64,000 bases of DNA from Octopus sinensis. Taxonomy: Eukaryota. A model generated the notes under the pieces. That model ran no database searches. It saw nothing but the letters and a program-made list of their open reading frames with translations, and had not been told where the DNA came from. Shown one piece after another: positions 15,132 through 27,562 of the stretch (within the stretch, counting starts at the first letter, position 1; each line of letters opens with the position of its first letter). The DNA lies in the NCBI RefSeq assembly GCF_006345805.1, contig NC_043000.1:27094001-27158000 (forward strand), read 5' to 3'. The translations under genes were made by a program, and so were the position numbers.

Positions 15132-15469
15132 GAGTGAGAGAGCAGTTCATGCCATCAAAGTGACACTAGGGTAAAATATACGAAGCCCAATATACCCATC
15201 ATGACTACCCGTCTGATAAGGGTACACCAGGCACATGCATCACAACCATATGTGCGCGACATGGTGATCTCATATCAAGATAAACAGCACATGACCTTGC
15301 AGGTGGGGCCCAGTTAGAATTTTCTTCAGGTTGAGTAGCCCATCCCGCTCAAAAGGTCCCTGAATAAGGGTTGTTTAAGGATGTTGAAAGAACCACCCAT
15401 GTTTCCAGAGGTGAATTATTCAAACCCCAAAGAATTCCTCTCAACACATGGCTATGATGCTCCCCCACT
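15132..15469. mobile_element. non-coding interspersed repeat flanked by (TTA)n (copy 1, partial)
   Basis: Clearly homologous to 56578-56880; no credible ORF. Confidence 0.8.
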
Positions 15470-15481
15470 TATTATTATTAT

Positions 15482-17816
15482 CTCTATTTCCAGGTTTTTG
15501 TATTTTGAATGTTTCCCCATTTCTTTTAGAGACACGTCATCTGCCGGTATTGATACATCAATTAGAAAGCATTTTTTTTCTTCATGATCTCTGACAACTA
15601 TATCTGGTCTGTTGGCCTTAATTTCTCTATCTGTGTGTATCGGCATATCCCAGAGTATGGTTGCTTTCTCGTTTTGTGTGACCTTTTCTGGTGTGTGCCT
15701 ATACCATCTTTTTTCTGTTGTTATTCCATAATGTTGGCACAGCTTCCAATGTATGTAGGTTCCAACCTGTCATGTCTGTGAATATATTCCTTCTTAGCCA
15801 GGACTGGGCAGCTAGAGATAATATGATTTATTGTTTCTTGTCCATCTCCACATATTCTGCAGTTACTTGTAATATTTCTTTTCATTACTTGTTTTTGGTA
15901 ATTTCTGGTGGGGAGGCTTTGGTCTTGTGCTGCAATTAAAAATCCCTCTGTTTCTGCTTTGAGTCCTGAGCTTCTCAACCATTGCTGGGATTTTTCTTTG
16001 TCTATTTCTTTTGCGTTTAGTTTAGTGCAGTATTTACCATGAAGGGGCTTTTCTTGCCATCGTTTTATCATGGCTCGTTGCTGTTCTATTTTTAGTTTGG
16101 ATTTCATTTGTTTTATAGCTTTTGTTGTTTCTTCATCATCTTCTTCTTCTTCTTGTGTTTATTAGGTGGTATGATTTCTTGTTTGTATTTGTCAGCTTCC
16201 TTAAATACTGAGAACAGTTTTTTGTTTTGCTCGTGTTTTGCTGCTATCTGGATCAGGTTTCCTTCCTTCTGAAGTAGGTATTTTTGCAGTCCTATGGTGG
16301 TTATTTTATAGTAGTTTTCCAGCTGTATAAGGCCTCTACCACCTTCTATACGTTGTATATATAGTCTTTCTATGTCAGATTTTGGGTGATGCATCCTAGA
16401 TCCTGTCAGTATTTTTCTTGTTTTCCTATCTATTTTGGACAGTTCATTTTGTGTCCAGTTAAGGATATTGTAGCTGTAACTTATAACTGGGACAGCTAAA
16501 GTGTTGATACCTATTATCTTGTTTTTAGCATTGAGCTCTGTTTTTAGTATTGATCTAACTCGTCTATAATATTCTTTTTTTATTTTCTCTTTCATTTCTG
16601 TGTGTTGTGTCTTATCTAGTTCATGGATTCCTAAGTATTTGTAAGTTTGGCTTTGGTCTAATTCTTTTATTTCATTGGTTTTATCTAGTGTGATGTTGTT
16701 ACTCTTAACTAGTTTTCCTCTTTTCATGGTTACTTTGGCGCATTTTTCTAATCCAAATTTCATATCTATTTCTTTGGTAAATCCATGAACTGTCTTTAAT
16801 AGTGTTTCCAGCTGTTTGTCATTTGCAGCGTATAGTTTTAGGTCATCCATATATAAAAGGTGGTTGATCCTTTTGCCGTAACATTTATATCCGCATCCAG
16901 TTCTATTTAGCATATCAGATAGAGGTGACAGTGCCAAGCAGAAAAGGAGTGGAGAGAGCGTGTCTCCCTGGAATATTCCTCTTCTAATGAGGATGTCTTT
17001 GGTTTTCATGAGTCCCTCTTTTGTTTGGAGGTGTAGGACTGTTTGCCATTTATTCATAGCGTGCTCTATGAATTTTATGATTGTTGGTGCTACTTTGTTA
17101 ATGGCTAGTGTTTCGAGGATCCATGTGTGGGGGATGCTATCAAACGCCTTTTTGTAGTCAATCCAGGCCATACTGAGGCCTTTCTTCTTTCTGTGGCTGT
17201 CTTCAGTTACGGCTTTATTAATCATTACTTGATTTTTACAGCCATATGAGCCCTTGCGGCATCCTTTCTGCTCTTCTGGGAACAGTTTGTTTTCGTCCAG
17301 GTGCTTGTTCAGCCTTTGCGATATCACTGCAGTAAATGCCTTGAACATAGTAGGGAGGCAGGTTATTGGTCTGTAGTTTTCTGGTTTTGTTGTTTCATTT
17401 GATTTGGGAATTAAGATGGTTTTCCCCTTCGTGAGCCATTCAGGCATTGTCTCTGGCTCTGCTAGTACTTTGTTAAAGTTTTCAGCCAGCTTTTTGTGCA
17501 TTCCTGTTAGATATTTCAACCAGAAGTTGGGGATCTTGTCATGCCCAGGTGCCTTCCAGTTGCTTAGTTTTTGCAGTGCCTGGGTGACCTCTTCAGTTGT
17601 TATGGGGGTCCAAAGTTGTTCAGATGCCGAGTTTGTTATTTCCATACTCCTTTTTTTTTGCTGTTCGTTCTTGGTAGAACTTTTTGGGGTCGGAGTTGAA
17701 CTTTTTGTTCTGTTCAAAGAAGCGTTGGCGTTTCTCGTACCGGCGGATCCTTTGAGCTTTGGCAAGGATATCTTGCTTCAGCTTTTCTTTTATCTCCGGC
17801 AAATCTTTTTCTGTGA

Positions 17817-17817
<1 letters not shown>
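15482..17817 (-). mobile_element. R4/Dong-like non-LTR retrotransposon, 5'- and 3'-truncated, frameshifted
   Basis: RT ORF 16113-17765; zinc knuckle CRIC...HIISSC in ORF 15721-16107; RLE RPDIVV...LIDVSIP in ORF 15452-15646; bounded by TAA repeats. Confidence 0.93.
16113..17765 (-). pseudogene. reverse transcriptase domain of R4/Dong element (550-aa open segment between frameshifts)
   Basis: Motifs KAPGHD, NYRPITCL, EEQKGC, WIDYKKAFDS, GIFQGDTLSPLLF, LYMDDLKLY, YKYLG. Confidence 0.92.

Positions 17818-17885
<68 letters not shown>
17818..17885. repeat. (TTA)n target tract between tandem Dong copies
   Basis: Direct inspection. Confidence 0.95.
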
Positions 17886-17887
<2 letters not shown>

Positions 17888-19572
17888 TATTTTTGACTTT
17901 TGCTTTATGTCTGTACAAGTTGGCTCCAAGTCTCACCCAGAGACCTCAAGAGACAACAGACTGGATGTTTACGTTGTTGTTATGCCTAGTGTGCCATATA
18001 TTTGGGTTTTTTTCGTGTTGTACTAGTGAATGTCTAATACATAAAAAAGAAGTTTGTTTTAAACCTTGGGATTACATAGAGAGTATTTTGCGTAGGATAT
18101 GAGCAGTTCCCATGAGCACTATCTTTTGAATTTCTGCCATTTTGGGTTTTCCTGGTATCTGAGTTAGGTAGCAATCAGTCCCTTTCGCTATCATTCCCAG
18201 GGCACCTATGACAACAAGTATTGTTTTAGTCTTCAGCTTCCACATCTTGCTGATTTCTATTTCAAGATCTTTATATTTGCTCAGTTTTTGGTAGGTCTTG
18301 ACAGATACGTTTATATCGATTGGGATAGTTATATCAATGAGGAGGCATGTTCTTTGTCTGAAGTCTTTCAATATGACGTCTGGCCTATTTGCATCTATCT
18401 TTCTGTCAATTTGAATGGTGAAGTTCCAGAGGAGTGAGATGTGGTCATTTTCAAACACTGGAGGTGGATTGTGTTCCCACCAGTTTTTTTCATGGGGCAA
18501 ATCCAGGTTTTTGCAAATTACCCAGTGAATATAATGTGCAGCTCTGTCATGCCTGTTGAGGTACTCTGTAGGCGCTAGAAGACTGCATTTGGAGACAACA
18601 TGATCAATGGTTTCATTTTGTTGATAGGCATTGATCTTGAGCTGCTATGATAAACCGCTCTGTTTCAGATTTTAAGCCAGAGGTCATTAGCCATTGATGG
18701 GTCAGGGCTTTGTCAATATCTGCATTATTCGCTCTCTTTGGGTATTTGCCATAGAGAGGTTTTTCTTGCCGTTTACTATTCAGAATATATAAGGCCGCAG
18801 TTTTGGCACGGGTTTTAATGCGCCTAGCTTTTTCTGTGCTTGTTTCTTGTATGTCTATCTCTAATTCTGAAATTGGTTGTATTCGGAATTCACTTAGATA
18901 TTCCTTTGCCTGTTTTGTTACTGAGTATGATGCTTCCTTGCTTTCATGTTTTGAGACAAGTTTTAACATCCAGTCCTCAGACTTTTTCAGGTAGGTGTCT
19001 AGGCCAATTGTAGCAATATTAATTGTTACTGCCAGTTGCAAAAGACCACGGCCTCCCTCTCTTCTTGGCAGATAAAGTCGTTCTGTATCTGCCTTAGGGT
19101 GATGCATTCTATGCATTGTCAACAGTTTTCTTATTTTTCTGTCGAGCTGACATATTTCAGTAATTGACCAGTTAACGATATTGAAACTGTAAGTCACGAC
19201 TGGTATGGCTAATGCATTGATCGCTTCGATCCTGTTTCTTGCATTCAGCTCTGTCTTGAGTATTGCTCTCACTCTTCCATAGCATTCTCTCCTGATCCTT
19301 TCCTTCATCTCTGAATGCCTTATTCCGTTCCCTTCAATTATCCCTGGGTACTTGTAGCTCTCCGCTGGGTCTAGTTCTTTTATGGCATTCTGCTTGTCAA
19401 GGTTAGCGTTAGATGTTTCTGTAATTTTTCCGTTGATAAAAGTAGCTTTTGCACAATTATCGAGGCCGAATTGCACTCTGATGTCGTCACTGAATTGTTT
19501 GACTATCGCTAGTAAGCCCTTGAGTTGTTGGTCAGTTTTTGCAAAGAGTTTTAAATCATCCATGTAAATGAG
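17886..19572 (-). mobile_element. R4/Dong-like retrotransposon of a different subfamily, 5'-truncated at YMDD, with 3' UTR and (TAA)n tail
   Basis: ORF 18613-19563 (MDDLKLF...GGRGL); ORF 18072-18500 (RPDVIL...LIDITIP...K..KY.DL...VIGALG); 3' UTR 17886-18071. Confidence 0.92.
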
Positions 19573-19628
19573 ATTATTATTATTACTATTATTATTATTA
19601 TTATTATTATTATTATCATTATCATTAA

Positions 19629-19693
<65 letters not shown>

Positions 19694-19789
19694 TATTATC
19701 ATTATCATTATCATTCTTCTTCTTCTTCTTCCTCCTCTCCTTCTTCTTCTTCTTCTTCTTCTTCTTTCTTCTTCTTCTTCTTCTTCTTC

Positions 19790-19834
<45 letters not shown>

Positions 19835-19899
19835 TATTATTATTATTATTATTATTATTATCATTATTATTATTATTATCATTATTATTATCATTACTA
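19573..19899. repeat. (TTA)n/(TTC)n microsatellite
   Basis: Direct inspection. Confidence 0.95.
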
Positions 19900-20043
19900 T
19901 ATGTAACCTACATTATATCGGCGGTTCAGAACCAGAACACTGGTATCGCCAGTTGGCTCATTAGTCTGTAACTGGCATAAGAGAAGCTTTTATATGCAAA
20001 TTCAAAACGTTTCCCGTAAACGAAATTAAAGGATATATATATA

Positions 20044-20900
20044 CGGTACCGTTTAAAGTCTTCGGCCATTTCAAACTATTGTAAATTTCTACAAATTACC
20101 AACTTATTAGAAGATGTTTTCATCGTGTTTTTTACAGATGAAACATTGGCCTTGTTGGAGTCATTTTCTTACCTAATCACTATATTTTGTTGTAGTTGTT
20201 CTGAATGAGAAAGTAAGATGCGGAACCACCACCAAAAATGGTCATGCAAAAGTTTTCGGCCATCTCACATAAACCAATCAAGATACAGTATTTAAAAACA
20301 GAAAAATGTCTATAATGAAAAATTATTACAGAATGTTCATTTCAAGAAGTTACTGTACATTGTTAATATTTCGTGTGGCTTCCCTTAGCTTCAAAAATTG
20401 CTTCAATGCGTCTGGGAAGAGATGCGTACGAATCCTTCACCATCTTCACAGGTATGAGACGCCATACTCTGTGACTGAACTCCCACATTTCTCCAAGATT
20501 GCCTGGATACTTCTGATGAGCTCCCCTCTTTAATTATGTTCACACTTGCTTGATGATATTTAAGTCAAGGATCTGAGCTGGCCGGACTTTCAATACGGTA
20601 ACATCTTCAACAGTCAGACTCCGAGTTGTACGTGATATTTGACCTGGAGCTCCGTCATGCTGAAAAATCTAACATCCATCCACGTTTGGTATCAAGTTGT
20701 CCAGCAGCAACTGGATGTATTTGTAACTATTCAAGTTACAGTCAATTTCAACCAATTGTTTTGGAACATCACTTTTTATGTATCCCCAAGGCATCAAGCT
20801 CTTACTCCCAAACGTCACTGTTTTCGTCGTGTGACGTGGGTCGTTTCGTTTACCTGGTGGGCTTCTGACAAATTCTCGCATATTTGAAAGCGAAACTACT
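20044..20900 (-). mobile_element. decayed Tc1-like transposon, 3' half with IR/DR-type end
   Basis: Minus-strand MPWGYI..NLNSYKYIQLL..FQHDGAP..PAQILDLNII; motif aaagt(c/t)ttcggccat at 20055 and 20249; TA at the terminus. Confidence 0.7.
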
Positions 20901-21290
20901 CACGTGTGTGTGTGTATACATATATAGGTTAATATTTCGATCATATCAGTCACGGTGTGTCTGCAACAGCCATGGGCTTTTCCCTTTTCGTCCGTCTCGG
21001 GGAGGTAAACACTAAACAAAAGCATAACGTTGTTCTTTCACTTGAGTTCAATAATTTTCATACTATACGTAGCGTGGAATTATCAAAGCTACTGCTGGTG
21101 TAAATTAATGCTGCTTTTTAACATCGGTAAGGGACTACACATTTGCAGGGATATGGTCGATTATATTTACATCTCCACTACATCTGTAATATGTATCTTG
21201 TCGTCTATCTAATTGCCGTAAAAGATGGTTATATTCAATAGAAAATGTTGGGAAGTATAAATGTTTTTAGATGGAATTTCATATAGTTTC

Positions 21291-21421
21291 TCTGTTGTGT
21301 CTGGGGAGAGTCATTTTCTTCTTGTGCCTTATAATTTAACACGATCACTGCTAAAATTTCCAATTATTACTTATTTTTATTTTCCTAAAAAAAGAAAATG
21401 ACTTTCCCCAGACACAACAGA
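21291..21421. repeat. 30-bp inverted repeat (foldback/MITE remnant)
   Basis: tctgttgtgtctggggagagtcattttctt versus the reverse complement of 21392-21421; 29/30 match. Confidence 0.85.
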
Positions 21422-21524
21422 ATATGCTTCAAAACACGAACTCACATAAAGAAACTTGCAAACCAAATACAAAAACGAAACATATAGGTTCTCTTTCATA
21501 TATATATATATATAAACTTAGATA

Positions 21525-21763
21525 AACTTAAATGTGTTTCGACCAATGATTGGTCCAGGCCATGTCTAACTTAATAGCACCACCTGATAGGATTATTTGA
21601 ATCCTGTTTAAGTCAAGTTTTGCTTATGGTCCATTCAAGTAGTAAGTTTTTGTTGGGTGAGTTGTATCCAATTATGGGTGGCTTATCCGGTATTCCTTGA
21701 AGGAATCTATCCAGACTTCGTTTAAAGTTGATGGGATCCTGTTCCTCTTTGATCTCTTTCGGG

Positions 21764-21767
<4 letters not shown>
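21525..21767 (-). mobile_element. 3' end of a CR1/L2-group LINE, flanked by (TA)n
   Basis: VPKEIK..INFKRSLDRFLQGIPDKP parallels the C-terminus LPKNLR..FKMKLDLFLSGIPDEP at ~44050; 3' stem-loop gaccaatcattggtc. Confidence 0.75.
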
Positions 21768-21850
<83 letters not shown>

Positions 21851-22904
21851 GTCATAGTTTCTTCTCAAGGCCACAAGATTAGGAGAAAATCTATATAATC
21901 TGTAGCGGGTGTTATGGTGGACATGGCAGCAACAAAGTTAATTTTGTTAATGGCGCCTAAGGGCGAATTAGTTGTATCAAAACGGACGAACATAAAGTTT
22001 TCTATTCAAGATGAAGAGCAAAGATCCTGATATGATTCTTCTCCGTTTTCTGCGAAACTATTTCGCTTCGAAGACAGGTCGCTGAGAGATCTAATCCTAC
22101 GACATGAAACAATTGTTTAAAATACTATACTGCAGAGATGAACGCAGAACTCTGTGAGGGAACTCAAAAGATTTAAATTCACAACAACGCTTAAAACCAG
22201 GTTTTGCTGGGATGACTTCGTAATTAAGCCTTATGCATCGAACGAATGATTCAACAGTTCCAGATATTTAGTCAACAGTCGCTGATTCATACGAAAAAGA
22301 AAAAAAATCTAAACGTTTTGGACACAATGCATTCTTGTTATAAGACTAGTGGCAAAATAAGCAAACGCTCAATCTAAATGGAAATCGAAGATGATTACAC
22401 ACAAATCGTTCACTTGAGAGTAAAATGAGATACATATTTCGGTGCTGCTTTTCACTACCCAAATTATTATTGGGCTTGTATTCCCAAATGGCGCCTGTTG
22501 CTAATACTCTGGAGAAAAGCTTGACGAAGCTTTTACTTACTGTAAAGCATTGAATAGGCAGGGGACTCAACGTTAATGCAATAAATAATTATAATCCTTA
22601 TAATTAAGATATCATTAATAAAGAATACAACAAAATGAAACGGCATGTTTAAAAGAAATTCATAACAATAAATTAGATAATATTTAATCAAAACAAAAAA
22701 ATAGCGTATTACGTCATATCACAATTCCAAAATTCATATTTATTCTAGAAAGCCATTAACAGATTTTTCCGAATGTAAAAATACTAATAATGATTATTAA
22801 GTTTTCGTAACATTCATTGCTGCATCGATCATAATATTTGTTCTTAGAAGTTTGTTTCTAATAATTTTATCATACTCTCTTCTCTTTCCTTTTTCTCTGT
22901 CTTT

Positions 22905-23366
<462 letters not shown>

Positions 23367-23704
23367 CGTTCTACACACGTAAGACTCTCTCGCTCTCTGT
23401 CAATTTATTTAATGACATAATACAAATATTTATTAATCATCAATTTTACTGCGCTAATTGCCTTTTTGTTTTGGTAATGTAGTGTTAGAAATTCTTAAAA
23501 GAAGTAGGCTGAGGAAATAAGGATGAAAACGTTTAAAGAGTTAACGATCTCATTCTAAAACTGGAATTAATCGCCAAGAAACGAGCTGAAGAAAAACACT
23601 AAAAACGTTTCAACATTAAAATAATGGAAATCTGAAATAAAGTTACATGTTTTAAAATGAATGAGCTTTTGCAGAATTTATAACGAAAACTGGGTCTTCT
23701 AAAG

Positions 23705-23813
23705 ATATATACATTTACATATATATATATATATATATATATACACGTATGTATGTATTATATACATGCATATACATACATATATATACATTTGCATTTA
23801 TATATGCATATAC

Positions 23814-23868
<55 letters not shown>

Positions 23869-23873
23869 CATAT

Positions 23874-23946
<73 letters not shown>

Positions 23947-24090
23947 TATGCATATGCATACATATATATATGCATATACTTATGCATATATATTTATATA
24001 TATATCTATATATATATTTTACGCGAACTTACACTTATAAATATGAATGTATATATACATACATACACATATACACACACACATATATTG

Positions 24091-24157
<67 letters not shown>

Positions 24158-24186
24158 AAAATAGATAGATATATAGATAGATAGAT

Positions 24187-24225
<39 letters not shown>
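23705..24225. repeat. (TA)n/(GATA)n/(GA)n compound microsatellite
   Basis: Direct inspection. Confidence 0.95.
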
Positions 24226-24229
<4 letters not shown>

Positions 24230-25023
24230 AAAGGGTGAGAGAGAACATACGAAATTAAGGGCCTTGGATGGATTGTATAATTCTTTGAAGGTATTTCGTA
24301 AATGAATGAATGAAGAAGCCGAGCGTGTGTGATACATATATAAGGAAAAGAAAATATACTTAAAATTACAAATTAAGCGTATTTCAATCTACACGACTTT
24401 GTTTACTTTCTGTGTCTAGCAGATCTGGTCTCTCCTTCGACTTATTGGTGCCTTCTTCCGCTAAATATTTAATGCAATCATCAACTTCATGACTGCTACA
24501 GTATTTTAAATAGTTCTCTCAGACTTTTGGAGCAAGACAAGGAGAAAGAAAACCATATCGTTTGGGAACCTCATTAGCAGTAGTATTCATATTTTCAATG
24601 GCTCATCTCCTAGAAGTTCTGATAGTTCTGTATATTTAGGTTCTACAAATTTGCAATTACCAAACCATTTCGCATTTACCAGATAATGTGGAATTTACCA
24701 AACCATTGACACTAACCAAACCTTGTGTCAATGACTACATCCATATTTTTGTAATCAACAAATTCGTAAAAGTATTTAACCACACACTCACGCACACATA
24801 CACACGCATACACACACACACACACTCACGCACATACACACATATATGTACACATACACACAAACACACAACACTTACCACACTAATTGTTTTAAGTGGT
24901 AGACGAAAAGCGAGGGTTGAAGATATTTGAAATAGTTCTTTCTAGCATAAGCACCTATCCTAAATCTTTTGATACGAGAGAGTCGATATCATTTTAACCC
25001 AGTACTTGATCACTGCGACGGCT

Positions 25024-25690
25024 ATAGGTGGCCTGGTCAATAACTATCTGAACTGTTGCTGAACAAAGTTAAAGCACGGGTAGTAAAGCCGCTTAGCACA
25101 GATTGACCTTGAACGTTGCTGTGCAAGCGCACTAAGTTTTAACGTACTAGTGCACTTTCGCTGCGTACAGCAGTGCTTTGAATGAAGATGAGTAGCGTGT
25201 AATCGTTGCATTGACCATGACAGAAATGGATGGAAGCACTCCGTCGGTTACGACGACGAGGGTTCCGGTTGATCCGAATCAACGGAACAGCCTGCTCGTG
25301 AAATTAACGTGTAAGTGGCTGAGCACTCCACAGACACGTGTACCCTTAATGTAGTTCTCAGGGATATTCAGCGTGACACAGAGAGTGACAAGGCCGGCCC
25401 TTTGAAATACAGGTACAACAGAAAGAGGAAGTAAGAGTGAGAGAAAGTTGTGGTGAAAGAGTACAGCAGGGATCACCACCATCCCTGCCGGAGCCTCGTG
25501 GAGCTTTAGGTGTTTTCGCTCAATAAACACTCACAACGCCCAATCTGGGAATCGAAACCGCGATCCTACGACCGCGAGTCCGCTGCCCTAACCACTGGGC
25601 CATTGCGCCTCCACCATGACAGAAATACTTGAGCAGAGAATCTGCATCGAATTTTGTCAAAAGCGTTGCGATACCTGCTCAGGAGCCTAC
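25024..25690 (+). mobile_element. mariner 5' end (TIR, UTR, start MTEILEQRICIEFCQK) interrupted by a SINE
   Basis: EQRICI.FC is a typical mariner N-terminus; the upstream ~190 bp aligns with the reverse complement of 26110-26305. Confidence 0.7.
25228..25612 (-). mobile_element. tRNA-derived SINE family B, full length with 14-bp TSD
   Basis: TSD accatgacagaaat at 25214-25227 and 25613-25626; A box tggcccagtgg; B-box-like gtttcgattcc. Confidence 0.92.
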
Positions 25691-26306
25691 ACTATGTTTC
25701 CAAAAAATTTCATCGTTCTCGGCATAATCAAGACCTTGAGCAACTGAAACCTGAGTTTTGTTTTGGTCAGCTGAAAGCAGTTTTGGCACAAATTTGGAAG
25801 ACACGCATCTCATATCCAAATCTTCAGCGATAATGAACTGAATCGAACCGTAATTAATCTGCACATCCACTAATAACTCACGGATTCGACCATTTCCCCT
25901 CACAGATGCACGTACATCTGCGATGTCTTTCTCAGTTCTGCTGGTTGCAGTTCTCCCAGAACGTTCATAAATATCGACATTTTTTCGGCCATCTTGGAAA
26001 TATTTGGCCCACTCCTACACATGTTTGCTGCACATACAGTCCTCTCCGTACACTTTCTGCAACTTTGCGTATGCCTCTAAGCAGGTAGCGCCATGACAAC
26101 GTCCTTTGTCATGGTCAGTGCGACGATCTCACGCTACCTAGCTTCCTTCTAATCGCTGGCGTAAACAGAACTAAGCTAGAATTTTAAGACTTAGTGTGCA
26201 TGCACAGGAGAGTTCAAGCTCAATGTGTGTCTAGCGGGTTTACCCTGTCTGCTTTAGCCATGTTACTATGGCAACAGTCCGGATACTTATTGATCAGACC
26301 TCGTAC
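25690..26306 (-). mobile_element. mariner 5' half (TIR, HTH, linker), decayed
   Basis: TIR tacgaggtctgatcaataagtatccggact; KLQKVYGED..EW.KYFQDGR..D..RSGR; SSKFVPKLL (WVPHEL-equivalent motif). Confidence 0.8.
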
Positions 26307-26568
26307 TTCTTTATGAATGTTACGTTGTCGTTCTTATATGGTTATGGGTGAGGTTGCTGATCTATTTTACGTCTATAGAGTTTGGAATGTCCAGAATTTA
26401 AAGGTGGAGAGAATGATCAGTGCCTTAGATGTAGAATTTTTCATGAGCAATGAATAAGAAAGTGATAATTGAGTCGAGTGGAGACTATTTCAATGAGGCA
26501 ACTGGAAATAAATAAGATATGTCGACGACGCTTAAAAAATAATTAAATACTTAAAAATATGGGGTCAT

Positions 26569-26989
26569 AGGCGCAGGAGTGGCTGTGTGGTAAGTAGCTT
26601 GCTAACCAGCCACATGGTTCCGGGTTCAGTCCCACTGCGTGGCATCTTGGCCAAGTGTCTTCTGCTACAGCCCCGGGCCGACCAATGCCTTGTGAGTGGA
26701 TTTGGTAGACGGAAACTGAAAGAAGCCTGTCATATATATGTATATATATATAAGTGTGTGTGTATATGTTTGTGTGTCTGTGTTTGTCCCCCTAGCATTG
26801 CTTGACAACCGATGCTGGTGTGTTTACGTCCCCGTCACTTAGCGGTTCGGCAAAAGAGACCGATAGAATAAGTAATGGGCTTACAAAGAATAAGTCCCAG
26901 GGTCGATTTGCTCGACTAAAGGCGGTGCTCCAGCATGGCCGCACTCAAATGACTGAAACAAGTAAAAGAGTAAAAGAGTAAAAGAGTAA
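26569..26989 (+). mobile_element. SINE family C, full length, with internal (TA/TG)n and (gtaaaaga)n tail
   Basis: A box tggctgtgtgg, B box ggttcagtcc, CORE-like ttgg(c/g)caagt, 8-bp tail repeats; several copies in the window. Confidence 0.88.
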
Positions 26990-27326
26990 TATCACAATTG
27001 GGTTGTTATCAGAAGAAATGGGTAAAACAGAAATAATTCCTTCTTTTATCGTAGTTCAGAATAGTTTTCCATTTGGAAGCGTAATATTTCTGAAAAGTTC
27101 TAGAAAGAAACGGTGACCATTAAGTTATGGGAACACTTCTCCATTGTGATCAGCACATTTACAATTACTTTGCTTTGTCTTCTAACTGGTTGATTTAACT
27201 GAGTGTCAGGAAATCATGAAGAATAATGTTATAGCACTTATATTGTGTAGGGAAATGAAAACGAACTACATGAAGGCAATATGCAGAAAGAAACAGACAC
27301 ACGCTTTCGACGATTATTCACAGACA

Positions 27327-27344
27327 TATCTATCTATCTATCTG

Positions 27345-27436
<92 letters not shown>

Positions 27437-27445
27437 CTGTCTATC

Positions 27446-27476
<31 letters not shown>

Positions 27477-27505
27477 TTATTTATTTATTTATCTATCTAT
27501 CTATC

Positions 27506-27536
<31 letters not shown>

Positions 27537-27562
27537 CTATCTATCTGTCTGTCTATCTATCT
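27327..27562. repeat. (TATC)n microsatellite
   Basis: Direct inspection. Confidence 0.95.

Noticed and set aside
17404-18102. 232-aa plus-strand ORF
   Set aside because: Antisense to the Dong elements and spans a TTA tract.
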